From assembly GCA_951406725.2 (NCBI GenBank), contig OX597814.1, positions 27,094,001 through 27,158,000 of the forward strand: a stretch of DNA of 64,000 nt, given 5' to 3'. The notes under the pieces are model-generated. The model searched no databases, was not told where the DNA came from, and saw only the letters and a program-made list of their open reading frames with translations. The stretch's first letter is position 1. Every line of letters begins with the position of its first letter. The position numbers were made by a program, and so were the translations under genes. Source of the DNA: Octopus vulgaris (taxonomy: Eukaryota). Positions 40,991 through 53,084 of this stretch are shown here, piece by piece.

Positions 40991-43731
40991 AATATGATGT
41001 ATTGATAAGTTCTTCAGCTAATTAAGAATGTGAACATGCATATTGGTTCCCACATGGGACCTTTTCATACTAAATCAATATTGTCGTTCAGGAAAGAAAG
41101 ATTGTCGCAACATTATTGCCTCTCTCTTTTATAAATGTGTTTGGGCCATTGTGACCAATAAAGAAATTATCATTATTATTAATATTATTATTATTATTAT
41201 TATCATTATTATTATTATTATTATTATTCCAAACTATTTTAATATATTACATTTTGGATGCTTTCTTTGTAGTAAATGAGGCATCTAAAATATTTTAAAT
41301 ATTTCGTTTTTTTTTTTTAATGAAGATCATTTTCAAACTTCAGTCAGAGTCTGACAGTGATGAATAGCTGTACTATTGCAAGAGCTACATCTTGACTAAT
41401 AAAAACATGCAGTTAGAATAAACTAACAAATCAATTATTTTTCTTTTTTTTTCTCTTTTTATTTTTGATTTATAAATTTCTGTTTCTTAACCAACTGTAT
41501 TGTATCCATTGTAAAACACAAAAAAAAAACCAAGTCCAAAAACCTTGTACAATATTGACCTTTGTTTTAAAACATTTTTCAGCTCATAGACTATGCACAT
41601 ATTTTTTTTTTCTAAATCACTGGTAAGGATTATGAAAATATATATTTTCTTCTACCAGAGAAAGAAAAAATAAAAACATTTCAAAACCTTTAAAAATAAA
41701 TATTGAACATAATGTTTGTATTTTGAACTTAAATTTGCTTCTGTTAATTGTGGATTATTTATTTAACTTGAAATATCTGCTGTTCAAATCTGAAAGTACT
41801 GGGCAGGAAAAGAAATCAAAATATACAACAAGGGATAATGCAAACCAAAATTAACTTCAAACAATAGGTTTATTTTTTAGAAAGCAATTTCTTTCCATTT
41901 TGAAACATAAATCATATTTCTGATAAAATTTATATTTTCTTTTCTTATTTTTCCTTCTACCCTTTTAATGGTGTTTTTTTTTGTTTGCTTTTTTTTTCAT
42001 TTTTTTTATTGTTTTCATTATGCAAAAACTAAATTAATATGAAAATTATTCTATGCTAGCCTTATTTCAATATATTGCATTTTTTTTCTTTTTACTTAAG
42101 TCTTCCTTTAAATTCAGAAATTAAAGAAACAATCAAAACTGCTATCCTTAAATTTTATATTTAATAACCTTCTGTAAGGACAAAAATCTATTTATTTAAT
42201 TTACATGGAAATTCTAATTTGCTTAGAAATAAATACATGAGTTGTCATTACTGGATATATTAATACATTTAAATTTTCATATCTACAATTCTTAAAATCT
42301 ACACCAAAGCATAATTTACCCAAACAGTATTCTACCAGGGTCAACAAGGCAAACTCTGGAATGAAATAATGTTTAGTTAAATGTTGTAGTGATCATTTTT
42401 AAGTTGCTAACTTATCCTGCTAAGAGCTTTAAAGTAATGGATTATAACCATTATTCTACAATTCATTTCCAAATAAACAGCCCTTGGAAATGGCAGATTT
42501 CAAAAACAACGTTTTTTCTAAATTAGTTGTAGATTGTAAGCATCGATGTATGTATGCAAAAATGTATGCCTCTGTGTATGCAAGCTTGTATAACTGTGCA
42601 TATGGTTTAGCAATTGCTAAAATTATAATAAAATTCTTACAAATTCTTCAATAGTATAATATTTTATTGCATAAACAAGAGAAAAGGTAAATAAATGAAA
42701 GGATAGAAAATAATTTTCACTTTATAAATCAATAAATGAATAATTTAATTTTAATTAATAATCAGTTTACTTTAATGATAATGTTAAAATTTCAGGAACT
42801 AATGGTTTTGTTCAGTTTCTTTGAAAATAAATGTTGCTGCTGGTATTAGACTTGGCAAAATGAGTATGGATGTTGAGATGCCTAAAAAAGAAAAAAAATT
42901 GTCCTCTTATCACATAATATATTTAAGTAATTACAAGTAATAAGACACCTACTGCTATCTATGTGACTACTATAGAAATTAGTACACATGCTTCCTTACA
43001 GATATACTGTACTGAAGTGCCCAAATTCAATTGGTTCAATCAAACACATGTGCCTGCTTGCCTTAGTACAGTCTGTCAACTATTCATATACATGCATGAA
43101 GTAAATAATGTGTACTGAAAGCAGGTTATGTGCTCATATAAGATTTATTCCTTTTCATATGTGTGTGTGTGTGCATGTGTGCATGCATGCGTGCATGCTT
43201 GTATGAGAAATGAGGAAGCAATTAGATTAGTTAAACAAATTAATATTTTCTCTTGGCTAGGTGCAAGGTCAAATTTTCAGATGAGAGAGGTATAGTTGCT
43301 TGAATGGTCCAAAGCTGAAAGCACTAAATAGATGACCAAGAATAGCAGTAAACAAAGGCACTTTTCAGAATATAATAATATATTGGGTGTGGGGAGTTGT
43401 TCATTTTAGAAATTTTATCAGTTTGCTTTGTTTCACATAACTAACAACTTTTATAACAACTCTAATAGCATTTATAATGATGGTACTTAGAACAGTAATA
43501 ATCACTTAATGGAGCATGACAATTATATTTCTGAGGTAAACATAGACTCTTTGGTATTCATATTTTTCCAGAGAATATCACAACTAGTTAATCATAATAT
43601 TGATTTTTAGCATGAACACAAGGTCTCAAAGATTTCTGGATTAATATAGTTGATTAAAACTGACCCCATTTTTGACTGGAACTTATTTTAAGGACCATAT
43701 ATGAATGAAAGGCAACAGTAATATTAGCAAT

Positions 43732-43779
<48 letters not shown>

Positions 43780-44444
43780 GTCATCTGCATTCTTTCTCTC
43801 TCTCAGATTTCAGTTTGCATGATTTTGCTAAACCAAACTCTCTAACACAAAACAACAACAAAATAGTTTGCAAATTAGTCAGAAAAGCTTTATTAAAATA
43901 TAAATATTTAAAAGATTAAGTTATGAACTCTATAGGTGTTGCTAGTATCATCAATCTGACAAGGCAGAATCCTCCATGTGAAGAGGGACCCATTACATTA
44001 GTAATGGTATTCAGTATTTACTTAATTCAAATACATTATTTTGCTAGCTATTTTTCTTCTTTGCTATCTTTTAATTAAAAAGAAATTCATAAACATTCAA
44101 ATGACAAACGATACAACATTCAAAACAAATAGTAGATGTTCTGTGATAAGTAGTTTTAATAGTTTTAGATAAGCTGATTATGAAAACTTAAAACAGACAA
44201 TCCACATAATATACATTGCAGCTTCTTGCAATCTCATAAAATAAAATCAATTAATAATAATTAATCTGTTAAGAGCAGGCAATGCAGTAAGCTCTGTCTT
44301 TTTCATATGCTGAGTTCAAATTTAGCTAGAGTTGTTAAATTTGTCTTTCAACTTGTAAGGATAGAGAAGTGTCAATAAATGGGTACCAGTTACATAGTGA
44401 GAATGATTTACTTGACAATATTTTACATTATACTTTAAGGCATT

Positions 44445-44652
44445 CAGCTGGCAGAATCATTAGTATGGTGGACAAAATGCTTGGTGGCATTTCATCCATC
44501 TTCACATTTTGGGTTCAAATTCTGCTGAAGTCCACTTTGCCTTTTATCTTTTCAGGGTCGATAAAATAAGTACCAGTTGAGCACTGGGGTCGATGTAATT
44601 GACTTGCACCTCACTCACAATTGCTGGCCCTGTGCCAGAATTTGAAACCAAT
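44445..44652 (+). mobile_element. tRNA-derived SINE (best-preserved copy), preceded by a more decayed copy at ~44275-44420
   Basis: A-box-like 'tggcagaatcattag', B-box-like 'gggttcaaattc', and central 'ctttgccttttatcttttcagggtcgataaaataagtaccagttgagcactgggg'. At least six related copies occur in the window. Confidence 0.85.
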
Positions 44653-45030
44653 ATAAAAATTCATTATTTATTAAATAAAAGTTTAGAAACAGGAATAAGA
44701 TATTCATGTAAAGTTGCTTTCTGTAACTATTAAAATGTTCAACTAGTTAAATTTATTATTAAATGAGTTAAGTTTATATTAGTAAAATAACTAGAAAAAA
44801 ACAATGACCAAGTTTGGAGATAAGTTTAAGTTTAAAATAAATTCAACTGAAATTTTAACCATTCATCCTGCTTTTGAGCAAAAGTGTTACAATTTATAGT
44901 GAATAGAATTTTTTTTTTTAAACTGTAAAATACTTATTTAAAAATTGCTTTCAACAGAAATATTCATTTGAAATACTCTTCAATCATTGTTCTTAGTCTT
45001 CTACCAGAGACAACAAATAATTTTGGTTTC

Positions 45031-45077
<47 letters not shown>

Positions 45078-46339
45078 TCCCTTTCCCATTACTTTTAGCC
45101 TTTTTCTTCACTTTGGGGGTTGTGATTAGAATACAGAACATTTTAACTTCTCAACATATAATTTTAATAATAAAAAAAAAAAAAAAACAGAAAAATACAA
45201 TTTTTCCAACAGTTTCATTTGTCTTACAGCAGTACTAATGAAAATAGCTACAGACAAAATTTAGAAACTTTCCTGAAAAAACTGGAGTTCTTTTTTTGCA
45301 ATTTTTGTTTTCCATTAATTTATCATTTTTTTACGAAAATAATTTTGTGAAATGGCTATATTTTAAACTTTGTTTCTTTAAATATATGCTCAATTTATTT
45401 GCTATTTTATTTTATTTCATATAAAATTCTGTTGCTGAAATAAACAAAAATGTAAACTTTAAAAAGAAATATCATATTGTAATGATATTCTGATTATATG
45501 ATTATTTTTAAGTAATTAACATTTTATTTATTAAAAGAACTCCACAGAAGGAAACATAAAAATGATTTCCCTTTCTTAGTCATCAAGACTAGAAAAACCA
45601 TTCCAGAGAAACAGAAGGATCAACCATTGGGATTGTTTCTTATAAAGAAAATATTTATATGAAATCGTAGAGAAATTTTTCATCTAACAAAATATAATTA
45701 TCTTTTAAATGCTATTACCTTTTTCTTTTGTCTTTATGTTAATTTGTTTTTATTTTTAAGTAATAGATTTTTTTCTTCAATTTTGACCATAAATCTCCAG
45801 TAAGTTGTAGACAAAAATGTTTCCGTTTTGCTGGAGAGTGGTATAACTTGTAAGCGTTTGCAAGCAAAAGCTATATTCAACTTGTGATCACCCTGATGCT
45901 GGGTCAGCAGCAGTATTTTCAAATCAAATCATCAACAGAAACAATTATGAAAATAAAACATTTTTTTGTTAATGAAGTTTTACTTTGTTTTGTTATTTTT
46001 ACTTTCCAGTTACAGAATGTTAACTTTCATTCACAGGAAAACATCAATTGCAGGTAAATTAACTGGGATGCACTACTTCTGGTCTACCATAAGGTCCAGT
46101 CCTTGATGCAGCATGGTAGCTGGTGTCCTTCAAGGGCCCTAAAAGCTATGCCAGCAGAGTGCAAGGTCCTGATAGGGCCCCCTATGTTTGTCTGTATAGA
46201 GGCCAGAGTAATATAGACCACCTTTTCCCAGAGATGAAAATAAGTTTGCATAAGATAACAGCCCTACCTAGAAAAAAATCAAGTTTTTAAATTTACAGAA
46301 GTAGTTGAAGACCTGAGAGAGGAAGGCCTTCCCTCAAGG

Positions 46340-46595
46340 AAACATATGACATGGTACCATAAAATCTGAAAGGAAAACATCATCCTGCATTACACATCAG
46401 GCCCTGATCTGGAATCCATGACAGGTGGAAAAGAGGTTGCCAGAAAATTAGCTGGTGATGGGGTACTGAAGCAGAGCTGAAAAAGCAGTCATCTAACAAG
46501 AAAGAAGCAGAAAAAACTGTCCAGATTTGAGGAAAGTGGGGAACAGTTATCAATGGCCTGCACTCCATAGAGAGCAAAAGCTTAAGTCAGTAAGC
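46340..46595 (+). mobile_element. Old 3' fragment of a second, different RTE-clade LINE
   Basis: Reading through stops and a frameshift gives KTSSCITHQALIWNP* / RWKRGCQKISW*WGTEAELKK...EAEKTVQI*GKWGTVINGLHS, matching the RTE C-terminal pattern ITRQAL.WNP.G.RKRGRP..TW...AQ.R..W..V.GL.S. Confidence 0.7.
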
Positions 46596-47459
46596 TTCTT
46601 CGATTATTAGTAGTTTGAGTAACAAGCAATTGAGCTTTATTGAACCTACTATTTTCTCAATTTTTAAAAATTGCTTTTATACTCTGGAGGAAAGGCAGTG
46701 ACCTTGTCCTTCACAGGCTATTTCAGACTAGTCATATCAGTGTAGATGGATATCAGCTTGATCCTCTGCAGGTTGACAACTGTAGGAAAAAATATGGGTG
46801 AGGATTCCAGAGGTTTTCATTCAGGGAAGGAAGCAAGAATTAGTAAAGTTGATTCTTGTGTATCTGATACCAATAAAATTTGAAACATGGTTAATATGAA
46901 ATGCCTCCATTATCTATGATTCAGTGATGAATCATTTATACAGTATGTTAGTTGAAGTAATAAATACAAGGGTGGATTTGTGTGGTGACTGTTACTCCAT
47001 TCATGGGATACAAAGATAGTTGTTGTGATCTAGTGCCAGATGAAATTTGATTGAGCAGACTCAAACCCATTCCAGCCGAGATTATTGTCTTTTATTCAGA
47101 CAATAAATTCATGGCTACATTATATAATATATATTTCTTGTTGTTATTAGTTAACCCAATGTCAAATCTGAGAGGACAGACCATCAGACAATTATGTTGT
47201 ATCCCTTCTTTTTCCAGAAGGTAAGGTATGATATCAGGCAGATATGGCTGTTATTAAAAGAAAAGCAACTGCATAGCATATCCCACCACCTTTTTTTCTC
47301 CTTAGAATGTAGTATGATTTGAGGGAGATTTGGCTGCTATTTATAACAGGTCAAGGGACAATAAAGAGGCTTTCTCATTGGCTCAATACAAGTATGGTAA
47401 CTGTATTTAAGGAGAATGTAATGCAATTGTTATAAAGATGATATATATGTGTGTCTGTG

Positions 47460-47503
<44 letters not shown>

Positions 47504-47596
47504 TACATATATGTACATATATACATATATGTATGCATATATATATATATATATGTATGTATTATACATATATGTATGTGTGCGTGTGTGTGTGTG

Positions 47597-47735
47597 AATA
47601 ACAAGTAGGTTTATTAGTTTGACACTCAGGAAAGTGAAAAAGACTTTTACGTTTCAAGCCTATGTTCTTCAACAGTTAGGAATAAGAGAAAATAAACAGA
47701 GAGAGAATAAAAAAAACCTTGTGGTGACTGATTAG
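47597..47735 (-). mobile_element. Penelope-type terminal-repeat fragment with a decayed hammerhead motif (47615-47680)
   Basis: Minus strand reads CTGTTGA-A-GAAC(atag)GCTT-GAAA-CGT...GTG-TC and sits directly against a microsatellite. Same layout as 61620-61815. Confidence 0.5.
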
Positions 47736-49442
47736 AAAAAAAAGGTTTGATAGGAGGGATTGAAAGAAGGGGAGATAATAAAGTATTGGTGATTCTAAAA
47801 TGAAGGTGTACGTGCATGTGTGTATGTGAGAAGGTGTAAGTGTGTTTGGGGGGATAGGGGCTAGTGACTTTGATGTGTGTGCATCTGTAACATGTGGATG
47901 TGTGGGTGCTGGGAAGTGGTCAGTGCTAGAGTGTGTGGAGCAGTGTAGGGTGGTGTGGTGGTGTCCTTATTTTAGACAGGGAAGACAGGATCTTTGGTAT
48001 GATGCAGTGCTGTTCAGTTTAAGGATTGGTATAGCTGTCAATTCCAAAATTGGGAGCTAAACCCTCCAAGATCTTCCAAATATATATCACCACATATATC
48101 TCTTGTCCTCTCTCCAGGTAATAGAGACTCAGCTCCTTTAGCCTCTCCCATTAGCCCATCTTTTGCATCGAATCAATCTTCTTTGTGTATTGGCACTGGA
48201 TTGCTTCAAGTTCCACAGTTTGTTTCACATTCCCTGGGGACCATAGTTGAGAGCAAGTAGTTAGTGTGAAAAACCTCATAAAGTTTTGTAAATTTAACCA
48301 GAATATATTCAGTGCTGAATTTTATTCTGAATAAACACGTTGTACTGAGATGCAATTCGAAAAGCCTGCCTTTTACATAGATATATAAAGGTAAACAATT
48401 TCTATGTACTATTTCGTGTTCGTCTGGTATGTTATGTATCTTGAATTATGCTTGCACTGAAGATTAAAAATTGTATTTTGTGCACTAATTATGAGATCAT
48501 ATGATATGCAGCTGAATTCTGTTTTTAAAATGCTTGCTTCGAGAGTTGCATTCCCTCATATTCAGTACAATGTGTTTATTTATTATGATAGTTTTGACTT
48601 TAAGAGTCCCTATTAGCGTGAGGCATTTGTGTATAATAATGCCCTTAATATAAATAATATATATATTCGTTTTATTTTATTTACTGATTGATTTTTCAAA
48701 TTGTTAATTTGCAAATATTATACTAATGTATTTACATACAGAATTACACTTTATCAAAAAATTCCCTCCAAAAATGAATGTTTGGAAGGGGTATATTCTA
48801 AATATAACTCAAAGAGGAGAACGAGAAAGAAAGGAGGAAAAGGAAAAAAGGAGGAATAGGAAAAAAGAGGGAGAGAGAAAGAAAGCAAAATGACTTTCAG
48901 TGATGACCAAATCGCACCTGTTTTTTTTTTGAAGAGGTCACCATCCTTAAACCCATTCCAATAAAATGGTAAAGGACTAAATAAATAAATGAATGAATGG
49001 TGAAAAGGAAGGTGGATACCCCTTTTCTCTCACTTTCCCTCTACCTATCTGTCCATCTGTCTGATTATCTATCTACCTATCAGCCTATCTATCCACCCAT
49101 CTCCATTTATCATCGGACCTCACCCCTCCCCCCCAAAAAACAATATTTTCTTCTAAACAAAACCAAAAAAAACATCTGTTTTATATAAATGAACAAGCTG
49201 TTTGTACATTCACATAATTTTATTTGACAAGTTCTATAAAGGAACGAAAGCGCTGATAATAATGACGAAATAAAAGGATTTTTTTTCCAAAATTCTGACA
49301 ACTTTTTTCTCAATATATATATATACGAGCAAAACGCACACCCCCGTTTAGTGGACGGTACTGAGTTGTCAAACATTTAAACCAAATTTTCTCAAAACAA
49401 CTTGTCAGACCGTCCCATAGGCCTCCTCTTTGAGAAACATTG

Positions 49443-50782
49443 CAAAAGTGTGACTGCGCATACGCGAAAGTGTGCGTGCGCATGCGCGAACGTTTGCGTG
49501 CGCATGCGCAAATGTGTTAATGCGCGAAAGTGTTCGTGCGCATGCGCGAACGTTTGAATGCGCATGCGCGAACGTTTGCGTGCGCGTGCGCGAAAGTGTG
49601 ACATGCGCGATACTGCGCGAAAGTGTTACTGCGCGTGCGCGAACGTTTGAATGCATGCAGGCGCGAAAGTGTGATTGCGCATGCGCGAAAGTGCACTAAC
49701 ACTTTCGCGCACTGCGCATTAACACTTTGCGCGCACTTTGCGCATTCAAACGTTCGCCATGCGCAAACACACTTTCGCGCATTGCGCATGTGCATGGCTT
49801 AACACTTTCGCGCATGCGCATTAACACTTTCGCGCATGCGCATTCAAACGTTCGCGCCTGCGCAGTCACACTTTCGCGCATGCGCATTAACACTTTCGCG
49901 CATGCGCAATCACACTTTCGCGCATGCGCATTCAAACGTTCGCGCACGCGCAGTAACACTTTCGCGCATGCGCAGTCACACTTTCGCGCACGCGCATTCA
50001 AACGTTCGCGCATGCTCATGAACATCTTCGCGCATGCGCATTAACACTTTCGCTCATGTGCAGTCACACTTTCGCGCATGCGCGGTCACACGTTCGCGCA
50101 TGGGCAGTCACACTTTCGCGCATGCGCAGTCACACTTTCGCGCATGCGCGGTCACACTTTCGCGCATGCGCAAACACACTTTCGCGCATGCGCATTCAAA
50201 CGTTCGCGCATGCGCATGTGCACTAACACTTTCGCGCATGCGCATTAACACTTTCGCGCATGCGCATTCAAACGTTCGCGCATGCGCAGTCACACTTTCG
50301 CGCATGCGCAGTCACACGTTCGCGCATGCGCAAACACCCTTTCGATCATGCGCAGTCACACTTTCGCGCATGCGCATTCAACACGTTCGCGCATGCGCAT
50401 GAACACTTTCGCGCATGCTCATTAACACTTTCGCGCATGCGCAATCACACTTTCGCGCACGCGCATTCAAACGTTCGTGCATGCGCATGAACACTTTCGC
50501 GCATGCGCACTAACACTTTCGCGCATGCGCATTAACACTTTCGCGCATGCGCATTCAAACGTTTGCGCATGCGCATGAACACTTTCGCGCATGCGCATTC
50601 ACACTTTCGAGCATGCGCAGTCACACTTTCGCGCTTGCGCATTAACACTTTCGCGCATGCGCATTAACACTTTCGCGCATGCGCAATCACACTTTCGCGC
50701 ATGCGCAATCACACTTTCGCGCATGCGCATTCAAACGTTCGCGCACGCGCAGTAACACTTTCGCGCATGCGCAGTCACACGT
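49443..50782. repeat. CpG-rich 22-bp minisatellite, about 60 units, core TTCGCGCATGCGCA; first ~250 bp inverted relative to the rest
   Basis: Unit variants are gtcacactttcgcgcatgcgca, ttaacactttcgcgcatgcgca and ttcaaacgttcgcgcatgcgca. 49443-49694 reads as the reverse complement (tgcgcatgcgcgaaagtgtgac); the switch is at ~49695. Confidence 0.97.
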
Positions 50783-50785
50783 TTC

Positions 50786-50850
50786 AATGTTAAATAAAAT
50801 GTTAAATAAAATGTTAAATATTAAATGTTAAATAAAATGTTAAATATTAA
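50786..50850 (+). repeat. Short 12-14-bp tandem repeat (aatgttaaataa) x ~5
   Basis: Directly follows the 22-bp array. Confidence 0.9.
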
Positions 50851-51987
50851 ATCTTATTTAATATATCTATTCTGAATCCTGTATTTACCGTTTATAAGAC
50901 TACATGTGTTTCATGAAAGTACGTCGGTTATGATTAGATACGAGGTATCTATTTTCAATACTTAATCGGGTCGACATACTCCCAATCTTCAGGTCCGGAT
51001 TCCTCAACATCTTTTACTATCTCTACATCTTATATACCTCTATGATACTCTATATCTTCAATATAATCTTACTTAGCAAATACAAATAAGTAGAAATACA
51101 AATAATAAATAAAAATAACTGAAAATTAAAAATTTAAGGAATAAACATTTAAGGAAAAAAATTTAAAGAGAAAAATACGAGTAAAATTGCGAATGAAAGT
51201 TACGAATAATAAATAAAGAATTGCGAATAAATAAATACAAAATAAAAATAGAGATAAAAATAATACGAATGTTAACTTATCTTCTCTTGGCTCAACGAAA
51301 ATTAGACATAGCCACATCTTGAAAAGAAGGTAAAATCCGCATTTGATAATACATATGTATAGAAGGTACCACAAAGAAACGTCAAAAAGTTCTAGTAAGT
51401 TACTTCTTTAACATCTCTCAATGTTTAATTCGTATATATAAAAGTAGTTTTAGAGACAGAATCACCTTCAACTCAATCAACACTGAAAGATTTTATACCC
51501 TACCAATCAATAAAATGTTAAATATTAAATCTTATACTAACTATATCTATTCTGAATCCTGTATTTACCGTTTATAAGACTACATGTGTTTCATGAAAGT
51601 ACGTCGGTATTGATTAGATACAAGGTATCTATTTTCAATACTTAATCGGGTCGACATACTCCCAATCTTCAGGTCCGGATTCCTCAACATATTTTACTGT
51701 CTCTACATCTTATATACCTCTATGATACTCTATATCTTCAATATAATCTTACTTAGCATATACAAATAAATAGAAATACAAATAATAAATAAAAATAACT
51801 GAAAATTAAAAATTTAAGGAATAAACATTTAAGGAAAAAATAGAGACAAAAATAATACGAATGTTAACTTATCTTTTCTTTCCTCGACGAAAATTAGACA
51901 TAGCCACATCTTGAAAAGAAGGTAAAATCTGCATTTGATAATACATATGTATAGAAGGTACTACAAATAACTGTCAAAAGGTTCTAC
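50830..51987 (+). repeat. Near-identical direct duplication (50830-51395 vs 51510-51987)
   Basis: 'gtatttaccgtttataagactacatgtgtttcatgaaagtacgtcggt' occurs at 50881 and 51561 (offset 680). The second copy lacks ~90 bp present at ~51160-51250. Confidence 0.93.
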
Positions 51988-52304
51988 TGGTGTATCTATT
52001 CCTTTATATAGTACTGTCAGGGGAACCGGAAACAAATGCATCACTGGAACAAGCCACTTTTATCGTTGTTTATTTTATTCAATCTATGAATTATCGCAAA
52101 CAACCAATCTAGTAAGTTACTTCTTTAGACTCTCAATTCGAATATTTTGGGATACATAAGAGTTACGTTGAAAAGAAAAGAAAACTTAACATTCGTTTTA
52201 TTTTCCTTTATATTTTTATATCATTATTATTTCATTTTTATTTCGTATTTGTTTATTCGCAATTCTTTATTCGTAACTTTCATTCGTAATTTTTAACGTA
52301 GTTC

Positions 52305-52915
52305 TCAGTGAGATTTAGCATGATAAAGAATGTGGCAAGGCTGGCCCTTTGAAATAGAGGAACTACTCATTTTTGTAGCTGAGTAGACTGGAGCAGCATG
52401 AAATAAAGTGACTTGCTCAAGGACACAATATCACATCAGGAATTGAACTCACGACCTTACGCTTGTAAGCCAAATACCCTAACCACTAAGTGACATGTCT
52501 TCATGATACACACACATGCACACGCACGCACGAACACACACACACACACAGCACATATGTACAAGTGTATATAAAAAAAGTATCACAAGCCACATTATCA
52601 GTAAGTTCTATAGGTACAAAGCCTGAAATTTGGTGGAGAGGATTAGGCAATTACATTGACTCCAGTACTTGACTGGTGCTTATTTTATTGACACTAAAAG
52701 GAAGAAAGGCAGATTCTGTGGAGTATACAGTATATTCCCTCCCTGGATGGGATACCAGTCTGTCACAGAATTACTCATTTTTACCAGCTGAGTGGACTTG
52801 GGACAACGTGAAATGAAGTGTTTTGCTCAAGAACACAATGCATCACCCAGTTCAGGAATCAAAACCACAATCTTATGATCATGAATTGAACACCTCAACC
52901 ACAAAACCACGTGCT
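52305..52915 (-). mobile_element. Cluster of three reverse-oriented SINEs (52305-52495, 52610-52715, 52740-52915)
   Basis: 'agctgagt-gact-g-gca-c-tgaaat-aagtg--ttgctcaa-gacacaa...ggaat-gaactc...aaccac' occurs twice (tRNA-like head on the minus strand). The middle copy matches the 44445 SINE family. Confidence 0.75.
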
Positions 52916-53084
52916 TCTACGTATATGTGTATGTGTGTGAGTGCACACACACACACATATATATGTATGTATGTTATGTATGTATATGTATTCTTTTATA
53001 TTATTTTACTTGTTTTAGTTACTGACTGTGGCCATGCTTGTGCACCATCTGTATAACTAATAGTATTTCTATGGAGCTGCTTTT

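Noticed and set aside
44445-44540. tRNA gene (A/B-box-like motifs)
   Set aside because: It forms no cloverleaf and is the head of a multicopy SINE.
49392-50490. Overlapping ORFs rich in AHA/RMR/CAC on both strands
   Set aside because: They arise from the stop-poor 22-bp tandem repeat.
49443-50782. CRISPR-like appearance (conserved palindrome plus variable spacer)
   Set aside because: Spacers are only ~8-10 nt and recur as a few variants, there are no cas genes, and the context is eukaryotic.
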